A stretch of DNA of 64,000 bases. Origin: Macrostomum lignano (taxonomy: Eukaryota). Made by a program: the position numbers and the translations under genes. The stretch is taken from the NCBI GenBank assembly GCA_002269645.1, contig NIVC01002331.1:62001-126000 (forward strand). The letters are read 5' to 3'. The notes below the pieces were generated by a model, which searched no databases, was not told the DNA's origin, and saw nothing but the letters and a program-made list of their open reading frames with translations. Shown here piece by piece: positions 60,509 through 64,000 of this stretch (position 1 is its first letter; every line of letters begins with the position of its first letter).

Positions 60509-63038
60509 CAGATTTTGTAGCAAATCCGTGAAGCAGAGTAATTCAAAAAATTGCCTCCCCCCTGGCGCTCTGAGCTGTCCGATCTTTAAATAACCATGCT
60601 AGCAAATAACTAGCAAATCCAACTACCGCTTGCAAGCTATCAGATTGCTTTAGGCAGATGGAGAGAGGACTGCTCTTGTGAGCAAATCCGGATTTGGAGC
60701 ACAGGTTGTCGTCTTCCTGTGATTTTGGGTGACACTCTACACTGTTTTATCGGATGGGTTATTCAATTGTTTTAGATTTCAGATTTTTATTTTAGTTATA
60801 TTGGATTGTTCTGCTGTCTGTTTGTTGTTTGTTCTTCAATCCCGATCCGCCCCCTGAGAATCACTTCTGATCCGCCCCCTGAGAACCACTTCTAATCCGC
60901 CCCCTTAGAATCACTCCTGATCCGCCCCTAAGAATCACTCCTTGTCCACCCGTGAGAGTCACTCATTATCTGCCTCTGATGGTCACTCCTGATCCGCCCG
61001 TGAGAGTCACATCTGATCCGACCCTGAGAGTCACTCCTTATCCACTCATGAGTCACTCCTTATCCACCCATGCCATGAGAGTCACTCCTTATCCGGCCAT
61101 AAAAGTGACTCCTTATCCGCCCATGAGAATCAGTCAATCCTTATCCACCCATGAGAGTCAGTCACTCCTTATCCGCCCATTGAGAGCCAGTCACTCCTTA
61201 TCCGCTCATGCCATGAAAGTCACTCCTTATCCGGCCATAAGAGTGACTCCTTATCCACCCATGAGAGTCAGTCAATCCTTATCCGGCCATGAGAGTCAGT
61301 CACTCCTTATCCGTCCATGCGAGTCAGTCACTCCTTATCCGCCCATGAGAGCCAGTCAATCTTTATCCGCTGATGAGAGTCAGTCACTCCTTATCCGACC
61401 ATGAGAGCCAGTCACTCCTTATCCGCCCATGCCATGAAAGTCACTCCTTAGCCGGCCATAAGGGTGACTCCTTATCCGCCCATGAGAGTCAGTCAATCCT
61501 TATCCGACCATGAGAGTCAGTCAATCCTTATCCACCCATGAGAGTCAGTCAATCCTTATCCGACCATGAGAGTCAGTCAATCCTTATCCACCCATGAGAG
61601 TCAGTCAATCCTTATCCGACCATGAGAGTCAGTCACTCCTTATCCACCCATGAGAGTCAGTCAATCCTTATCCACCCATGAGAGCCAGTCAATCCTTATC
61701 CACCCATGAGAGTCAGTCAATCCTTATCCGACCATGAGAGTCAGTCACTCCTTATCCGACCATGAGAGTCAGTCAATCCTTATCCGACCATGAGAGCCAG
61801 TCAATCCTTATCCACCCATGAGAGTCAGTCAATCCTTATCCGACCATGAGAGTCAGTCACTCCTTATCCACCCATGAGAGTCAGTCAATCCTTATCCGAC
61901 CATGAGAGTCAGTCAATCCTTATCCACCCATGAGAGCCAGTCAATCCTTATCCTCCCATGAGAGTCAGTCAATCCTTATCCACCCATGAGAGCCAGTCAA
62001 TCCTTATCCACCCATGAGAGTCAGTCAATCCTTATCCGACCATGAGAGTCAGTCACTCCTTATCCACCCATGAGAGTCAGTCAATCCTTATCCGACCATG
62101 AGAGCCAGTCAATCCTTATCCACCCATGAGAGTCAGTCAATCCTTATCCGACCATGAGAGTCAGTCACTCCTTATCCACCCATGAGAGTCAGTCAATCCT
62201 TATCCACCCATGAGAGCCAGTCACTCCTTATCCACCCATGAGAGTCAGTCAATCCTTATCCACCCATGAGAGCCAGTCACTCCTTATCCGACCATGAGAG
62301 TCAGTCACTCCTTATCCACCCATGAGAGTCAGTCACTCCTTATCCACCCATGAGAGTCAGTCAATCCTTATCCACCCATGAGAGCCAGTCAATCCTTATC
62401 CACCCATGAGAGTCAGTCAATCCTTTTCCGACCATGAGAGTCAGTCCTGAGTCACACGCAATAAGACAACATGCCGCCGCCTCAAACCTGCACGATACTA
62501 AAATTTCACCTCAGGCAAGATTCTAGACGGCAACGATCGAGCTGCCACCACGTTGGCCAATTTGGTTCACGAAGACGTTACTGTGCCGCGGCCGCCCGAA
62601 CTGGAGAAACTGGAGTCCCTGGAGCTCGACAAAAAGGAGATCGGAATCTGGATTGATCCCATCGGTCAGGACGCGAAGCCAATTGAAGGGGTTGAAGGGG
62701 TGGGATTGAGGGGGTGGGATTGAGGGGGTGAATTTAAGGGGTGAAATTGGGGGTGTGGGATTGAGTGGGTGGGATTGAGGGGGTGGGTCTGACTAACCAA
62801 GAAGAGAAGACACCGGAAGGAGAGCTCAAGACAGTCAAGCTTTTCACACCCAACCCTCAGATGGCACCGCTGAGTACATCTCGGGCAGCCGGGACCCGGA
62901 ATTCCGGCCTGGCGAGAACATCAGCCAGAACGGCCTGCCAAACGTGACGGTGCTGATCGGGGTGTACGAAAGGTCCACCGGCCTGCCAATCATTGGCGTC
63001 ATCAACCAGCCGTTCTTCAAGACCGAGGATGGCAAGAT
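53830..63038 (+). CDS. INPP1: Inositol polyphosphate 1-phosphatase, 5' partial (continues beyond the window)
   Basis: Exons 53830-54039, 59972-60089, 62515-62664, 62861-63038; phases compatible. Motifs: [30 protein letters not shown], metal-binding [34 protein letters not shown]. Confidence 0.92.
54260..54602 (-). mobile_element. Non-LTR retrotransposon 3' remnant in INPP1 intron 1
   Basis: [25 protein letters not shown]...[15 protein letters not shown] matches the typical LINE ORF2 C-terminal zinc-finger region; frameshifted. Confidence 0.72.
55665..55800. repeat. 14-bp minisatellite CTCACCCTCCCTGT
   Basis: About 9 copies in INPP1 intron 1. Confidence 0.92.
56190..56735. repeat. 21-bp minisatellite CACCCATTTAGGAGCTATCGG
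   Basis: About 25 copies in INPP1 intron 1. Confidence 0.96.
57190..57890. repeat. 31-bp minisatellite GGGGGCTACAGCCCTCTCCCGTCACTCTGCT
   Basis: About 22 copies in INPP1 intron 1. Confidence 0.96.
58375..58635. repeat. 12-bp minisatellite CATGAACTCACT (reverse complement of the 17390-18012 unit)
   Basis: Degenerate array in INPP1 intron 1. Confidence 0.9.
59520..59750. repeat. ~24-bp degenerate repeat TGGGTGTCTGAGGGCGCCAAAAAC
   Basis: About 9 copies. Confidence 0.85.
60425..60506. repeat. (CA)n-(AG)n compound microsatellite
   Basis: Direct observation; a (CAA)-rich low-complexity tract precedes it at 60160-60315. Confidence 0.96.
60840..62445. repeat. 28-bp minisatellite ATGAGAGTCAGTCAATCCTTATCCACCC with drifting 5' units
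   Basis: About 55 units, occupying most of INPP1 intron 2. Confidence 0.96.
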
Positions 63039-63059
63039 GTGAGGATTGGCCTTTGTCGG

Positions 63060-64000
63060 CGCCCTATGACTGGAGTTGTGGCGCCCTATGACTAGAGTTG
63101 TGGCGCTAAAACTGTGACGCCCTATATTGACACAACAACTGTGGCGCCCTATATTGACACACTAACTGTGGCGCCCTATATTGACACACTAACTGTGGCG
63201 CCCTATATTGACACACTAACTGTGGCGCCCTATATTGACACACTAACTGTGGCGCCCTATATTATCACACTAACTGTGGCGCCCTATATTGACACACTAA
63301 CTGTGGCGCCCTATATTGATACATTAACTGTTGGCGCCCTATATTGATACAATAACTGTGGCGCTCTATATTATCACACTAACTGTGGCGCCCTATATTA
63401 TCACACTAACTGTGGCGCCCTATATTGAAACACTAGCTGTGAAACCCTATATTGACACACTAACTGTGGCGCCCTATATTGATACACTAACTGTGGCGCC
63501 CTATATTGACACTCTAACTGTGGCGCCCTATATTGACACACTAACTGTGGCGCCCTATATTGATACATTAACTGTGGCGCCCTATATTGATACACTAACT
63601 GTGGCGCCCTATATTGATACATTAACTGTTGGCGCCCTATATTGATACAATAACTGTGGCGCTCTATATTATCACACTAACTGTGGCGCCCTATATTGAC
63701 ACACTAACTGTGGCGCCCTATATTGACACACTAACTGTGGCGCCCTATATTGACACACTAACTGTGGCGCCCTATATTGACACACTAACTGTGGCGCCCT
63801 ATATTATCACACTAACTGTGGCGCCCTATATTGACACACTAACTGTGGCGCCCTATATTGATACATTAACTGTTGGCGCCCTATATTGATACAATAACTG
63901 TGGCGCTCTATATTATCACACTAACTGTGGCGCCCTATATTATCACACTAACTGTGGCGCCCTATATTGATACAATAACTGTTGGCGCCCTATATTGATA
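63060..64000. repeat. 27-bp minisatellite GACACACTAACTGTGGCGCCCTATATT
   Basis: Starts ~20 nt after the donor at 63039 and runs off the window. Confidence 0.97.

Overview
Eukaryotic (metazoan) genomic DNA with GC-rich exons and AT-rich or minisatellite-filled introns. The style resembles the free-living flatworm Macrostomum, but that is an inference and cannot be confirmed from the sequence. Most long ORFs in the supplied track are translations of tandem repeats, not genes. Eight protein-coding genes were reconstructed by hand from splice sites and reading-frame phase: (1) a 7-exon, ~887-aa divergent kinesin motor fused to a CCDC78/DUF4472-type coiled coil (+, 6083-14133); (2) a 2-exon secreted-looking cadherin with only two EC repeats (-, 14666-15908); (3) an 8-exon, ~480-aa anion-selective Cys-loop receptor subunit, GABA-A alpha/Grd-like (-, 16916-24050); (4) an intronless coiled-coil/NHL-propeller gene carrying ~76 in-frame GGSQ repeats (-, 30158-32473); (5) a Tctex1-domain dynein light chain with a perfect RFX X-box upstream (+, 33400-35104); (6) an orphan four-TM protein (-, 36000-36584); (7) MOB3 (-, 41398-45499); (8) the 5' part of INPP1 (+, 53830 to beyond the window end). 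Mobile DNA includes two tRNA-derived CORE-SINEs, a deleted IS630/Tc1-like element with nested inverted repeats, a dispersed foldback-like repeat family and two LINE 3' remnants. About 30 different mini/microsatellite arrays occur. Many long introns consist of little more than splice sites plus an array, while short (~70 nt) introns have none. The strongest leads are the kinesin-CCDC78 fusion with a degenerate switch I, the intron-filling minisatellite architecture, and the coding (GGSQ)n expansion.
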